Source: a bacterium (lineage in GTDB: Bacteria > Verrucomicrobiota > Verrucomicrobiia > Chthoniobacterales > UBA6821). From it: DNA of 64,000 bases. A program made the position numbers and the translations under genes. Below are positions 30,454 through 39,472 of the stretch, piece by piece (position 1 is the stretch's first letter; every line of letters begins with the position of its first letter). The stretch lies in NCBI GenBank assembly GCA_021849805.1, contig JAJZSL010000009.1, positions 2,804 through 66,803 of the forward strand, in the 5' to 3' direction. A model generated the notes under the pieces. It saw only the letters and a list, made by a program, of their open reading frames with translations. It made no database searches and was not told where the DNA came from.

Positions 30454-31191
30454 CTAATTTGCGATTTTTTTATTCTTTTGCTCAAAATGATGTAGTGCTT
30501 GAGTTGCAGCTGCTACTTCTGCTTTTTTCTTGCTATTGCCTTCACCAATACCAAGCGTTGTTCCATTAGAGGAAACACGACAGCGAAATTGCTTTAAGTG
30601 TGCGGCCCCTCGCTCTTCAAGTAATTCGTAGATTGGTCTCTCAGCGCTTAAAGATTGAAGTAGTTCTTGAAGTCGACCTTTGGGATTAATTTCTTCAGGC
30701 TCCATTAAAACATGCTGCAAATATTCTTGAGCCTGTTTGAGAATAAAGTTTCCTGATGCATCTAAACCCCCATCTAAGTAGATAGCACCAATGAGTGCTT
30801 CAAACGAATTCCCCAAAATAGAAGAACGCTCTCGCCCTCCACTAGCTTCTTCTCCTCGTCCCATCATCAAATATTTTCCAATTTGGAGATCGACCGCATA
30901 GTTTTTCAATGCTGTGCGAGAAACCAGGCGCGTACGAATTTTAGTGAGTCGTCCCTCTTTGAAATTAGGGAAAAGCTCAAAGAGATGAGCTGTAATAACA
31001 AGTTGTAGAACAGCATCACCTAGAAATTCAAGCCTCTCGTTATCAAAAGAATTCTTGCCTTGATCAAGAGTGATGCTTGAGTGAGTAAGAGCTTCTTGAA
31101 GCAAACTAGGATTCTTAAAACGATATCCAATTTTTTTCTCCAGTGCCGACGTCAAAGAAACAGTATCAATTTCTAATTTTTTTTTCGCCAT
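30454..31191 (-). CDS. rnc: Ribonuclease III
   Basis: Signature ERLEFLGDAVL, catalytic NSFEALIGAIYLD and a C-terminal dsRBD (GNSKKKAEVAAA). Confidence 0.95.
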   Translation of the reverse strand: MAKKKLEIDTVSLTSALEKKIGYRFKNPSLLQEALTHSSITLDQGKNSFDNERLEFLGDAVLQLVITAHLFELFPNFKEGRLTKIRTRLVSRTALKNYAVDLQIGKYLMMGRGEEASGGRERSSILGNSFEALIGAIYLDGGLDASGNFILKQAQEYLQHVLMEPEEINPKGRLQELLQSLSAERPIYELLEERGAAHLKQFRCRVSSNGTTLGIGEGNSKKKAEVAAATQALHHFEQKNKKIAN

Positions 31192-31345
31192 AAGCTAAGC
31201 CTAATGAAAGAAGAACTTAAATTCATTCTAAAACTTGCTTTCTCACTAATATATCATGGCTAGTGGAGCAAGAAAATTTTTTGATCATTAAAAACAGAAT
31301 TGCATAAACAAAAAATAAATTTAGATTTAACGAACTATAGTTTTG

Positions 31346-31420
<75 letters not shown>

Positions 31421-31560
31421 ACATCCATCTCATCCGTTTCATCATTTTCCCTTATTGAAGTAAAAGTCAGAAATAGCAGCAATCTATTTTCCTGTTAAAA
31501 GAATTGCTCAAAATCGCTGACTCAGTCAATTGAATACAAAAAATAGAATAAAAACGTACT

Positions 31561-32106
31561 ATGAAGAAAATAACAGCAACCCTAGCAGCACTTACACTCC
31601 TCTTCTTTGCTCAACAATCGATGGCCTGGAGCGCTCAGAAACTCGAAGAAAAGTCGGAAAAAGCACTGGCCAAACTCTATGCTCGTAATCCTCAAACTGC
31701 AGCCTTAGGCAAGAAGGCTGCTGCTGTATTGGTTTTTCCAGAGATTGTTAGAGCAGGCTTTATTATTGGAGGACAACGAGGAGATGGTGTTTTATTCCTT
31801 CATGGCAAAGTAGCAGGTTACTATAACACCACATCAGCATCCTACGGTCTCCAAGCAGGCATTCAACGCTTTGGATATGCTCTTTTCTTTATGAACGAAG
31901 AGTCTCTTAAATATTTCAAAAAGAGTGATGGTTTTGAATTAGGAGGAGCTCCAAGTTTAGTTGTTTTAGATATGGGAATCTCAGGATCACTTTCTACAAT
32001 GACTCTTCAAAAAGGGATCTACGCTCTCTTTTTTAATCAACAAGGACTTATGGCAGGACTTAGTTTGCAGGGAACAAAAATTACAGAGTACATCCCAAGT
32101 AAATAA
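31561..32106 (+). CDS. Exported SYLF (DUF500/Ysc84-like) lipid-binding domain protein
   Basis: Signal peptide (MKKITATLAALTLLFFAQQSMA). Gly-rich beta repeats (GFIIGGQRGDGVLF, SASYGLQAGIQRFGYALFFMN, GFELGGAPSLVV) are typical of the SYLF family. Confidence 0.6.
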   Translation: MKKITATLAALTLLFFAQQSMAWSAQKLEEKSEKALAKLYARNPQTAALGKKAAAVLVFPEIVRAGFIIGGQRGDGVLFLHGKVAGYYNTTSASYGLQAGIQRFGYALFFMNEESLKYFKKSDGFELGGAPSLVVLDMGISGSLSTMTLQKGIYALFFNQQGLMAGLSLQGTKITEYIPSK

Positions 32107-32290
32107 GCTAAATTTGCAGTCTATCCTTTAGTAAATCATTTTTTGCTAAAAAAGAACATTCTTGATGGCTCTTTCTGCTCCCCATGTTTCTTAAAGAAAA
32201 TGCCCTTTGATGAGAAGAAACTTCAAGAAAAACTTGAAGCAACGGTAAAGAGTAGAGGGCACTGATTACAAGACAACTCTAATTAAATAC

Positions 32291-32689
32291 ATGGGATTTT
32301 TCCAAAAGTGCATAGGATTTTATCCACCTAAAGAGAAGGAACAACTTCTTGGTATTTGGGAACGCAGAGGAGATGAATTCTCAGGCTGCCTCATTAAAGT
32401 TGAGAAAGAGGCGGAAGAACTGCTAGGAAAAATTATCGTTTCTACTCCTCAAATGCTTGAGGCTGGTTGGAAAATTGGAGAACGTAAGTGGCGGTATATT
32501 CAAAGTGACTCACAAGAGAGGTGGAAACTCCTAGATTTGCGCAAACAATACGATACGCAAAATAAAAAAGTTCTCTCCACTGACTATACCCACTATTGGG
32601 TTTCTCTAAATCACGAAGGAAGAAAAATGAGCTTACATCAATCACAAATTCCTCTCTTTGCAGCTCAAGTCTGGAGAAAAATTGGGTGA
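32291..32689 (+). CDS. Hypothetical protein
   Basis: 132-aa ORF with no recognisable motif. A family C repeat follows. Confidence 0.45.
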   Translation: MGFFQKCIGFYPPKEKEQLLGIWERRGDEFSGCLIKVEKEAEELLGKIIVSTPQMLEAGWKIGERKWRYIQSDSQERWKLLDLRKQYDTQNKKVLSTDYTHYWVSLNHEGRKMSLHQSQIPLFAAQVWRKIG

Positions 32690-32724
32690 AATCATCTCTC
32701 TTTTCTTTAGAGTATTTTATAAAT

Positions 32725-32863
32725 AAAGTTGTAGCTGATGTAGTGCCATAAACGAGGAGCGAAAAACTCGCCGTTTATTCTCAATCCTCGAGGACTCGAG
32801 CATCGAAGTGACGCTGCAATGCACGACTAGAACGTTAGTGAAAATGCTACGAGAGTCTCTCTG
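32725..32863 (-). repeat. Family C hairpin repeat, copy C2 (inverted relative to C1)
   Basis: The reverse complement aligns with 1781-1923 (cactaacgttctag[c/t]cgtgcattg...; aaagtt[c/g]tagcc...). Confidence 0.8.
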
Positions 32864-32994
32864 AAAAGAAATAATGGTCAGTAAATACTAAACTGAAAGG
32901 AGTGCATGAAAAAAGACCTCCTAAAAGAAAGGAAGTTTTTAGAAAAGAAATTTTTTTCTAAAAGTTTTTGAGAGTGATAATACGCTCAAATGAC

Positions 32995-33789
32995 TTATCG
33001 TGATTGAAGTTTTCCTAAACCTCCATCAATTCCTAGGACCTGACCAGTAACCCAAGATTGCATTGGATCTAAAAACCAAGCAATAGCTGAAGCAATATCG
33101 ATTGGTTCTCCAATGCGACCAAGGGGGTGCATCGCTTCTGATTTTTTGAGAATCGACTCATTAGAAGTCAATTTTTCAGTTAGTTCAGTACGAGTCAGTC
33201 CAGGAGCTACACAATTAACACGAATTTTATAAGGAGCATAGGTTGCTGCTGCTGCAAGAGCCATACCTTGCAGGCCAGCTTTAGCGGCAGAGATACCCTC
33301 ATGATTGATTAAACCTCGCTCTGCTGCAACAGAAGAACAGAAGAGAATACTGCCACCACTCGGTTGTTTCATCATGAGTCGTGTTGAGGAGCGCAAAAGA
33401 TAAAATGCTGTTTTTAAATTTAAAAGTAAGGCCTCTTCGAATTCTTCATCACTGATGAGATGGGCTGGTTTCAAGAGAATTGATCCAACAGAATGAACAA
33501 CTCCATCAAGATGTCCAAACTGAGTCATGATCGAATCCAGGCAGGAGTTCACTGAAAGACTACTCGTGGAATCAAGGGAGAAAATACTCAATTGTTCTCT
33601 AGGATATTCAAGGGGTAGTAGCATTGATCTTAGCTTCTCAGGTCGACGAGTAGCAGCAATGACGCTCCACCCTTTGGAGAGAAGCAAGGTTACTACCGCA
33701 GAACCAATTCCTCCAGATGCACCAACAACTAAGGCAACTGGAGAATTGCTTTCAGAAGGATGATTCCATGGTTGAGATTGACGATTCAT
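32995..33789 (-). CDS. Short-chain dehydrogenase/reductase family protein with atypical active site
   Basis: Rossmann VVGASGGIGSAV and IRVNCVAPG are present. The YxxxK position reads ISAAK, so Tyr is replaced by Ile. Confidence 0.8.
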   Translation of the reverse strand: MNRQSQPWNHPSESNSPVALVVGASGGIGSAVVTLLLSKGWSVIAATRRPEKLRSMLLPLEYPREQLSIFSLDSTSSLSVNSCLDSIMTQFGHLDGVVHSVGSILLKPAHLISDEEFEEALLLNLKTAFYLLRSSTRLMMKQPSGGSILFCSSVAAERGLINHEGISAAKAGLQGMALAAAATYAPYKIRVNCVAPGLTRTELTEKLTSNESILKKSEAMHPLGRIGEPIDIASAIAWFLDPMQSWVTGQVLGIDGGLGKLQSR

Positions 33790-33801
33790 AAAAAACGAAG
33801 A

Positions 33802-34347
33802 TTAATTCTGAAGAGCTTTTGAAATAACTTGATACTTAGCTTTGTCATAATCTCCTAGAACTTTTGCTAAAATCACTCCCTCTCTATTTACAACTAAAAG
33901 AACAACAGATTGAGTTCCTTGGAGATCAAGCTTTTTTAGAAAGAGTTCGCGATTAGTATAAACTGTCCAAACATGAGCTCGGCGATTTTCATGAGTAATG
34001 CCAAGCCTCATTCCATGATCAATCCAGAAAGAAACTAGTCTCCAGGGGTGCTTTAGCACTGGAACCTCAAGCCATGAAATTTGCTGTTCTTCTGCATTAA
34101 GTTTTAAAGCATGAAGCCAAGAGTTAATGGAAGTCTGTTGTTCCCTCTCAAAAGCGATGAAGAGGAGTGTTCTCGGCGATGAAAGATCATTGGGTAAAAG
34201 GTGACGTCTTCCATTAAGATCATGAGCTCGAAGTTCAGGAAACTGAAGTTTTGGAGATGAAAAAGAAAGAGACTGAGAGGAAAAAAACAGTAAAAAACCA
34301 ATAGCTAATTGGATCAGCATACCGCAATTTTTTTTATAGAATTTCAT
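33802..34347 (-). CDS. Hypothetical exported protein
   Basis: Signal-like N-terminus (LIQLAIGFLLFFSSQSLSFS). No confident family. Any thioredoxin-like or ATP10-like resemblance is only an impression. Confidence 0.5.
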   Translation of the reverse strand: MKFYKKNCGMLIQLAIGFLLFFSSQSLSFSSPKLQFPELRAHDLNGRRHLLPNDLSSPRTLLFIAFEREQQTSINSWLHALKLNAEEQQISWLEVPVLKHPWRLVSFWIDHGMRLGITHENRRAHVWTVYTNRELFLKKLDLQGTQSVVLLVVNREGVILAKVLGDYDKAKYQVISKALQN

Positions 34348-34743
34348 AGTGTTGAACTTTTTTATTTTTAAATCTTTTGACTGAGAAAAAACATACTGAA
34401 ATGAATTTCAAGTGAATGGACTACTATTGTATCGTCGCTTTGTTCTCCACCTTAGAATGCCCATGATGCTATGGATAGATGATATTGGAAAATTATATGC
34501 AGAAGCTATTGATCCTATCAAGATTGCAGATCGTTTTCTGCTGCTGACCTAATAGCGGTGATAAGCAAACTAGTACTACTAAGAAATAATAGAGAATTCC
34601 TAAACTCCTTTTCTGAAAGGTAGATTTTAAAATCACTTTTCCTAAGTAGACTAAGCAGATAAAATCAATATTCCTTCTTTCAAGGAGCATCCTTCTCCTC
34701 CTTATTCATAAACATTGGAGGATACTCATAAAATTTTTCTTCC

Positions 34744-35454
34744 ATGGACTCTTTTCTTTCAGTTGACGAACTTTCTGTTTCTTATGGAAAGGTGTGCGCT
34801 CTTCGTTCTATCTCCTTAAAAGTTCCAAGAGGAAGTATTGTTACCATGATTGGTGCTAATGGCGCTGGAAAGTCCTCAACACTTCGTGCTCTTGCTAGTG
34901 CTATTTGCTATCAAGGAAAAATTTTTTTTGATGGTATTCCTCTTAGGGAAGAAGAACCTTCGCAGCGAGCATCTCGCGGAATTAGTCTTGTTCCTGAAGG
35001 GCGTTCTATTTTCTCTAATCTTACTGTTGCTGAAAATTTGAGGCTAGGCGCTTGGAGCATAAGAAGCCTCTCTGAACGACAAGAAAACTTAGATCGTATA
35101 TTCTATTTCTTTCCAAAGCTTAGAGAGCGCTACTCTCAAATTGCTGGCACTCTCTCCGGAGGAGAACAACAAATGCTAGCTCTAGGGCGATCATTAGTGA
35201 GCAAACCTCGCTTGCTCCTTCTTGACGAGCCTTCCATGGGACTCTCCCCATTGCTGATCAAAGAAGTTTTCTCCATCATCAAGAAGATCAATGAAGAAGG
35301 GATAACAATTCTTCTTGTTGAACAAAATGCTACCATGGCTCTTCAGATTGCTCACTATGCTTATTTTCTTGAACTGGGAGCTATTACTCTGGAAGGGCTA
35401 GGAGAAGAGCTCTTGGGTCATCAGAAAATTTCTTCAGGATATCTTGGAAAATGA
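34744..35454 (+). CDS. livF: Branched-chain amino acid ABC transporter ATP-binding protein (LivF type)
   Basis: Walker A GANGAGKSS, VPEGRSIF, signature LSGGEQQMLALGRSL, Walker B LLLLDEPS and the C-terminal GYLG typical of LivF. Confidence 0.85.
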   Translation: MDSFLSVDELSVSYGKVCALRSISLKVPRGSIVTMIGANGAGKSSTLRALASAICYQGKIFFDGIPLREEEPSQRASRGISLVPEGRSIFSNLTVAENLRLGAWSIRSLSERQENLDRIFYFFPKLRERYSQIAGTLSGGEQQMLALGRSLVSKPRLLLLDEPSMGLSPLLIKEVFSIIKKINEEGITILLVEQNATMALQIAHYAYFLELGAITLEGLGEELLGHQKISSGYLGK

Positions 35455-36128
35455 CTCAACGAGCTCCTTGCTTTTCTTCTCCCTCATCTCCTTCGCGAAG
35501 TGCTAAAGTGCTCTTATTCGATTTTGATGGAACCATTGCCGACACACGGCCTCTTGCTTTTGAAATCCTCAATGAGCTTGCTGAAGAATTTCATTTTCGA
35601 ACTCTGCTTGAAAAAGAAATAGAAGAAGTCAGTCATATGAGCACTCGAGAATTTATTCGATTTTTGGGAATTAGCTACCTTCGGCTTCCTTTAATTACAC
35701 GCTCTGGCTTGATTAAGTTTCAAGCGGTTAGTGAAAAAGTTCAGCCTATTTTGAAAATTCTCCATGTACTTGAAGAGCTCAAAACTCGTGGTTTTCGTCT
35801 TGGTATTTTAACTTCTAATCTAGAGTCAAACGTTCTTACTTTCTTAGAGAAACATCAGTTTTACTCTTTTGATTTTATTTCTACTTCTTCCAAACTCTTT
35901 GGAAAATGCTCTCAAATACGCCGCCTTATGAAAAAACACCAATTAAAGGCTGATGAAATCATTTATATTGGTGATGAAACACGTGACATTGAAGCTACAA
36001 AAGCTGTTCCCATTCGTATTGCTGCTGTTACTTGGGGATACAACTCCGCTTCTACTCTTGCTTCCATGAAACCTGACTTTCTATTTCATCGGCCAGAAGA
36101 TTTACTGACCTTCGAGGTAGCTTCATGA
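35451..36128 (+). CDS. HAD-superfamily hydrolase (phosphoglycolate phosphatase-like)
   Basis: Motif I LLFDFDGTIADT, motif II LTSN and motif IV GDETRDIEA. It shares ATGA overlaps with both neighbours. Confidence 0.75.
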   Translation: MTQRAPCFSSPSSPSRSAKVLLFDFDGTIADTRPLAFEILNELAEEFHFRTLLEKEIEEVSHMSTREFIRFLGISYLRLPLITRSGLIKFQAVSEKVQPILKILHVLEELKTRGFRLGILTSNLESNVLTFLEKHQFYSFDFISTSSKLFGKCSQIRRLMKKHQLKADEIIYIGDETRDIEATKAVPIRIAAVTWGYNSASTLASMKPDFLFHRPEDLLTFEVAS

Positions 36129-36874
36129 AAAGTCCTGCACATCATCGTTCTCGATTAGATCAGCTCCTCTATGAAAAAGGACTATGTGCCTCACGAGAGA
36201 AAGCACAACGATCGATTTTAGCAGCTCAAGTCCTTGTCAACGGAGTCTGCATAACAAAAGCAGGAACAAAAGTTCCAGTCGATAGTGAGCTCATGCTCCT
36301 TGAATCTCAACGCTATGTAAGCCGTGGTGGTTATAAAATCCAAGGAGCTCTTGATGCTTTTTCTATCAACCCCCAGGGACTTCTCTGCTTGGATTTAGGA
36401 TCTTCAACAGGAGGTTTTACCGATTGCCTGCTTCAACGTGGAGCAAAAAAAGTTACTGGTATTGATGTTGGCGTTGGTCAGCTTGCTTGGTCCTTGAGAA
36501 AAGATCCACGAGTTGAGATTCGTGAGGGAATCAATGCTCGCTACCTTCAATCCTGTGATTTTGATGAACCCTTTGATCTTATTGTGGGTGATTTAAGTTT
36601 TATTTCTCTTCGATGCATTCTACCAGCTGCTTTTCCTTTGCTCAAACCAGAGGGATGTATGATTTTTTTGATCAAACCACAGTTTGAACTTTCACAAAAA
36701 GAAGTTGGTCGAGGGGGAATTGTGCGTGAACCACTCCTTCGAGAAAAAGCAGTAAATTCCATTAGGCAGTGGGTAGAGAGTAGAGGACATTATTTCGAAA
36801 AAGTCATGGAATCCCCTCTCCCCGGAGCAACGGGCAATAGAGAGTATCTAGCACTACTTCGTCCTAAAATTTAG
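36125..36874 (+). CDS. tlyA: TlyA-family rRNA (cytidine-2'-O)-methyltransferase
   Basis: N-terminal S4 domain (RLDQLLYEKGLCASREKAQRSI), YVSRGGYKI, and an FtsJ-type SAM site CLDLGSSTGGFTDCLL. Confidence 0.88.
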   Translation: MKSPAHHRSRLDQLLYEKGLCASREKAQRSILAAQVLVNGVCITKAGTKVPVDSELMLLESQRYVSRGGYKIQGALDAFSINPQGLLCLDLGSSTGGFTDCLLQRGAKKVTGIDVGVGQLAWSLRKDPRVEIREGINARYLQSCDFDEPFDLIVGDLSFISLRCILPAAFPLLKPEGCMIFLIKPQFELSQKEVGRGGIVREPLLREKAVNSIRQWVESRGHYFEKVMESPLPGATGNREYLALLRPKI

Positions 36875-36893
36875 TACCATTTTCAAGATTTCT

Positions 36894-38543
36894 CTAAGAA
36901 GAAGAGCCTCTTGTCGCTGATCTTCTTCTCTTTGCTCTGAAACGAGCAAAGAGTGCTGCTGCGGCTATGAGAACTTCCATTCCAACAAAAGCAAGCACAC
37001 AGGGGAGGCCTCCGCTTCCAAAACCGTAGCTATGTAGTCCTGCTCCTAAAACAAAATTCACTCCATACCAGGCCATCAGAATGCTGTTGAAAGCAAAGAG
37101 AGAGCCGATAGCAAGTCCAAAGCCCCCCCAATAACCTGCAAGACGACCATGGAGTAAAAAAAGATAACCAAGTAGCGCAATAAGCGCCCAAGTTTCTTTG
37201 GGATCCCAATCCCAAAAACGCCCCCAAGAGTAATTTGCCCAAACACCACCTAGGATTGTTCCTGTTGCCAAGAGCAAAACTCCTATTTGAAGCGTCCGGT
37301 AGAGATATTGATATAGGAGTGAAGCAATTTTTTTATCTAAAATGATTTGAGTTAAAATCACGTGTGCTACACCGAGGGAAAGTGCAAAAGCAGCATAGCT
37401 CAATGTAATGGTGAGTACATGAATGGTTAACCAAAAATTATCTCGTAGTACAGGAGTGAGCGGATGAATAGAAGGATCAAGAATGATGGGCTGAGTGTCA
37501 GCCAGAATAAGTGATAGAAGAGCTACTGGAATTGCTCCTAGAAGAAAGACACCAGCACGGTAGCGTGCTTCAAAAAGAAGAGCAAAAAAGATTGTCCCAA
37601 AGGCAACCCAAATCATGGATTCATACATGTTGGTTACTGGAGGACGCCCAGCAATGAGCATTCTGGAGAGCAAACCAAATGCTTGAATCAAAAATCCACT
37701 CCACGCACAAATCTGTCCCAAGCGATTAAAAAGCAAGGTTCTCCTGAAGAAAAAAAGAAAAATACCTGCTAGAGCATATCCCATCCATGCTAAGCGAAAA
37801 GGATGTAGTTTTTGTAACAAGACCTCCAGTTGCAGCCTCCAAGTTGGCACAACCTCCTCCGGATTTATAGAATTGAGTACTCCGCGAAACTGGATGACTC
37901 CTTCATTAAAGAGAACTTCATTATTAGACTTCCATCCCTCTTGCATGAGAGAAAAAGCCTGATGAGCCCTGGCAGCAGCAGGAGTAGAATCACTCTCCCA
38001 AGAGGAGAGAGTTTCCCAACGATTATTTGAAGCTTGCGAAGAAGGAATAATTCGGAAGAGAGAACCATCACTGAGCTCCTCAAAAAGTGATAATCGCATG
38101 CCAAGTTCAGAAACTTCTTTTAAGATTCCCTCAAGATGTTGACGAGGGTTACTTCTCCTGGCCTCAAGTGCTTCCGAGATGAGTTTTTGTAATCCTTCGT
38201 GATGAATTAATGTTTCATAACTAAAGAGAGATTGCGTTAGAGGAAGTTCTAATGTTTTTTTGAGAGAAACCGAAGAAAGAAAAATCAAAGGTTCTTGAGC
38301 ATAATTTTCTTGAGGATCTAACCAAAAAGAAGTAATTAGCTCGCCAGCTTCTTCCCTTCTGCCATGGAGAGAAAGAGCCGTTTTTCCAGAAAGAAAGCGG
38401 AGGGTTTCTTCGGCAAAAACAACATATGGCTTGCGTCGACCTCCTTCTTGAATAGGAAGTGTTTGAAGAGAATTCGGAAGAGTGCTGATATTCGCTTGCA
38501 GTAGAGAAATAGAAACAACCAAGCAAAGGAGAAAAAATTTCAT
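36894..38543 (-). CDS. ccsA: Cytochrome c biogenesis protein CcsA/ResC (system II) with large N-terminal periplasmic domain
   Basis: Signal peptide, multiple TM helices, the Trp-rich heme-handling motif WANYSWGRFWDWDPKETWAL, and conserved His residues. Confidence 0.85.
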   Translation of the reverse strand: MKFFLLCLVVSISLLQANISTLPNSLQTLPIQEGGRRKPYVVFAEETLRFLSGKTALSLHGRREEAGELITSFWLDPQENYAQEPLIFLSSVSLKKTLELPLTQSLFSYETLIHHEGLQKLISEALEARRSNPRQHLEGILKEVSELGMRLSLFEELSDGSLFRIIPSSQASNNRWETLSSWESDSTPAAARAHQAFSLMQEGWKSNNEVLFNEGVIQFRGVLNSINPEEVVPTWRLQLEVLLQKLHPFRLAWMGYALAGIFLFFFRRTLLFNRLGQICAWSGFLIQAFGLLSRMLIAGRPPVTNMYESMIWVAFGTIFFALLFEARYRAGVFLLGAIPVALLSLILADTQPIILDPSIHPLTPVLRDNFWLTIHVLTITLSYAAFALSLGVAHVILTQIILDKKIASLLYQYLYRTLQIGVLLLATGTILGGVWANYSWGRFWDWDPKETWALIALLGYLFLLHGRLAGYWGGFGLAIGSLFAFNSILMAWYGVNFVLGAGLHSYGFGSGGLPCVLAFVGMEVLIAAAALFARFRAKRRRSATRGSSS

Positions 38544-38556
38544 ACAAGAAGATTAT

Positions 38557-38721
38557 TACAGTGTATTAAATTGGAAAAGGCACATTAGGAGCAGAGAAAT
38601 TTTTTCTTAGGGCAAGGCCGAAAATCGAAGCGCTATCCAGCGATAACGCAAGATTTGAGAACGCAGTCCTAGGGAAAAAGAGCAAGCTGATGATGTGCCT
38701 TTTCCAATTTAATACACTATA
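38557..38721 (+). mobile_element. MITE subfamily B, copy B1 (165 bp, about 28-bp TIR)
   Basis: Left end tacagtgtattaaattggaaaaggcacat and right end atgtgccttttccaatttaatacactata are inverted repeats bounded by TA. The core is homologous, in reverse orientation, to the subfamily A core. Confidence 0.9.
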
Positions 38722-38797
38722 CATGCACATCTCTATTTGAAAAATTCTTTTTCTTCACCTGCGCTCTCTTCTTGAGCTTGCTGGAGAAGGGTAGGCC

Positions 38798-39472
38798 TTA
38801 TGAAGAAGGAATCATCTTTAAAAAAACAGCTACTGGAATAGAAGCATACCCTAGGAAAAAAAAGCAGGCAGCAAAACGGCCAAAGCATTGAAAATAATAG
38901 CGGAATTTCTGGTTGGTTAGCCCCAGTGTTTGAAATAGGCTTTCAATTCCATGAGCCAAATGCATGGCTAACAATCCAACACTCAGCAAGTAAAATCCAC
39001 TTACCCAAGGGTTGTGAAAAGCAGTTGTTACCATCCGATAAACATTATGTTGGCCGAGGGAATCCTGCCACTGCTGGTATTCTGGATTGGTCCACTTCCA
39101 AGTAAACTGAGCTAAGTGAAAGAGCAAAAAACCAAGAATAACCAGGCCAGAGAGCCTCATGGAACGTGCGTAGAGTGTTCTCTCCAGTATTTGGTCCCTA
39201 GCGTAGGCTCGAGGTGAAGCAGCACGATTTTCTTTCCAGAGAGTCAATGTAAAGAAAAGATGTAATCCTACTAAGGCTATTAATCCTAAACGGGCGATCC
39301 ATAAGAGAGCTCCGAGCTGATGCAACCGCGCTGCGTAGGCATTCATCACAACTGGCCCCAAGAAAATAGAAAGATTGCCTAACAAATGAATAGTTACAAA
39401 GAGCAGCAGGAAAAGCCCTGTAATAGCCACAATAAACTTACGCCCAATGGAGGAGTGGAAAAATTGCTTCAT
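38798..39472 (-). CDS. sdhC: Succinate dehydrogenase/fumarate reductase cytochrome b subunit (b558 family)
   Basis: N-terminal SSIGRKFIVAITGLFLLLFVTIHLLGNL, five TM helices and four spaced His residues (IHLLG, GLHLF, LFHLAQ, MHLAHG), as in Bacteroides/Bacillus-type SdhC/FrdC. Confidence 0.8.
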   Translation of the reverse strand: MKQFFHSSIGRKFIVAITGLFLLLFVTIHLLGNLSIFLGPVVMNAYAARLHQLGALLWIARLGLIALVGLHLFFTLTLWKENRAASPRAYARDQILERTLYARSMRLSGLVILGFLLFHLAQFTWKWTNPEYQQWQDSLGQHNVYRMVTTAFHNPWVSGFYLLSVGLLAMHLAHGIESLFQTLGLTNQKFRYYFQCFGRFAACFFFLGYASIPVAVFLKMIPSS

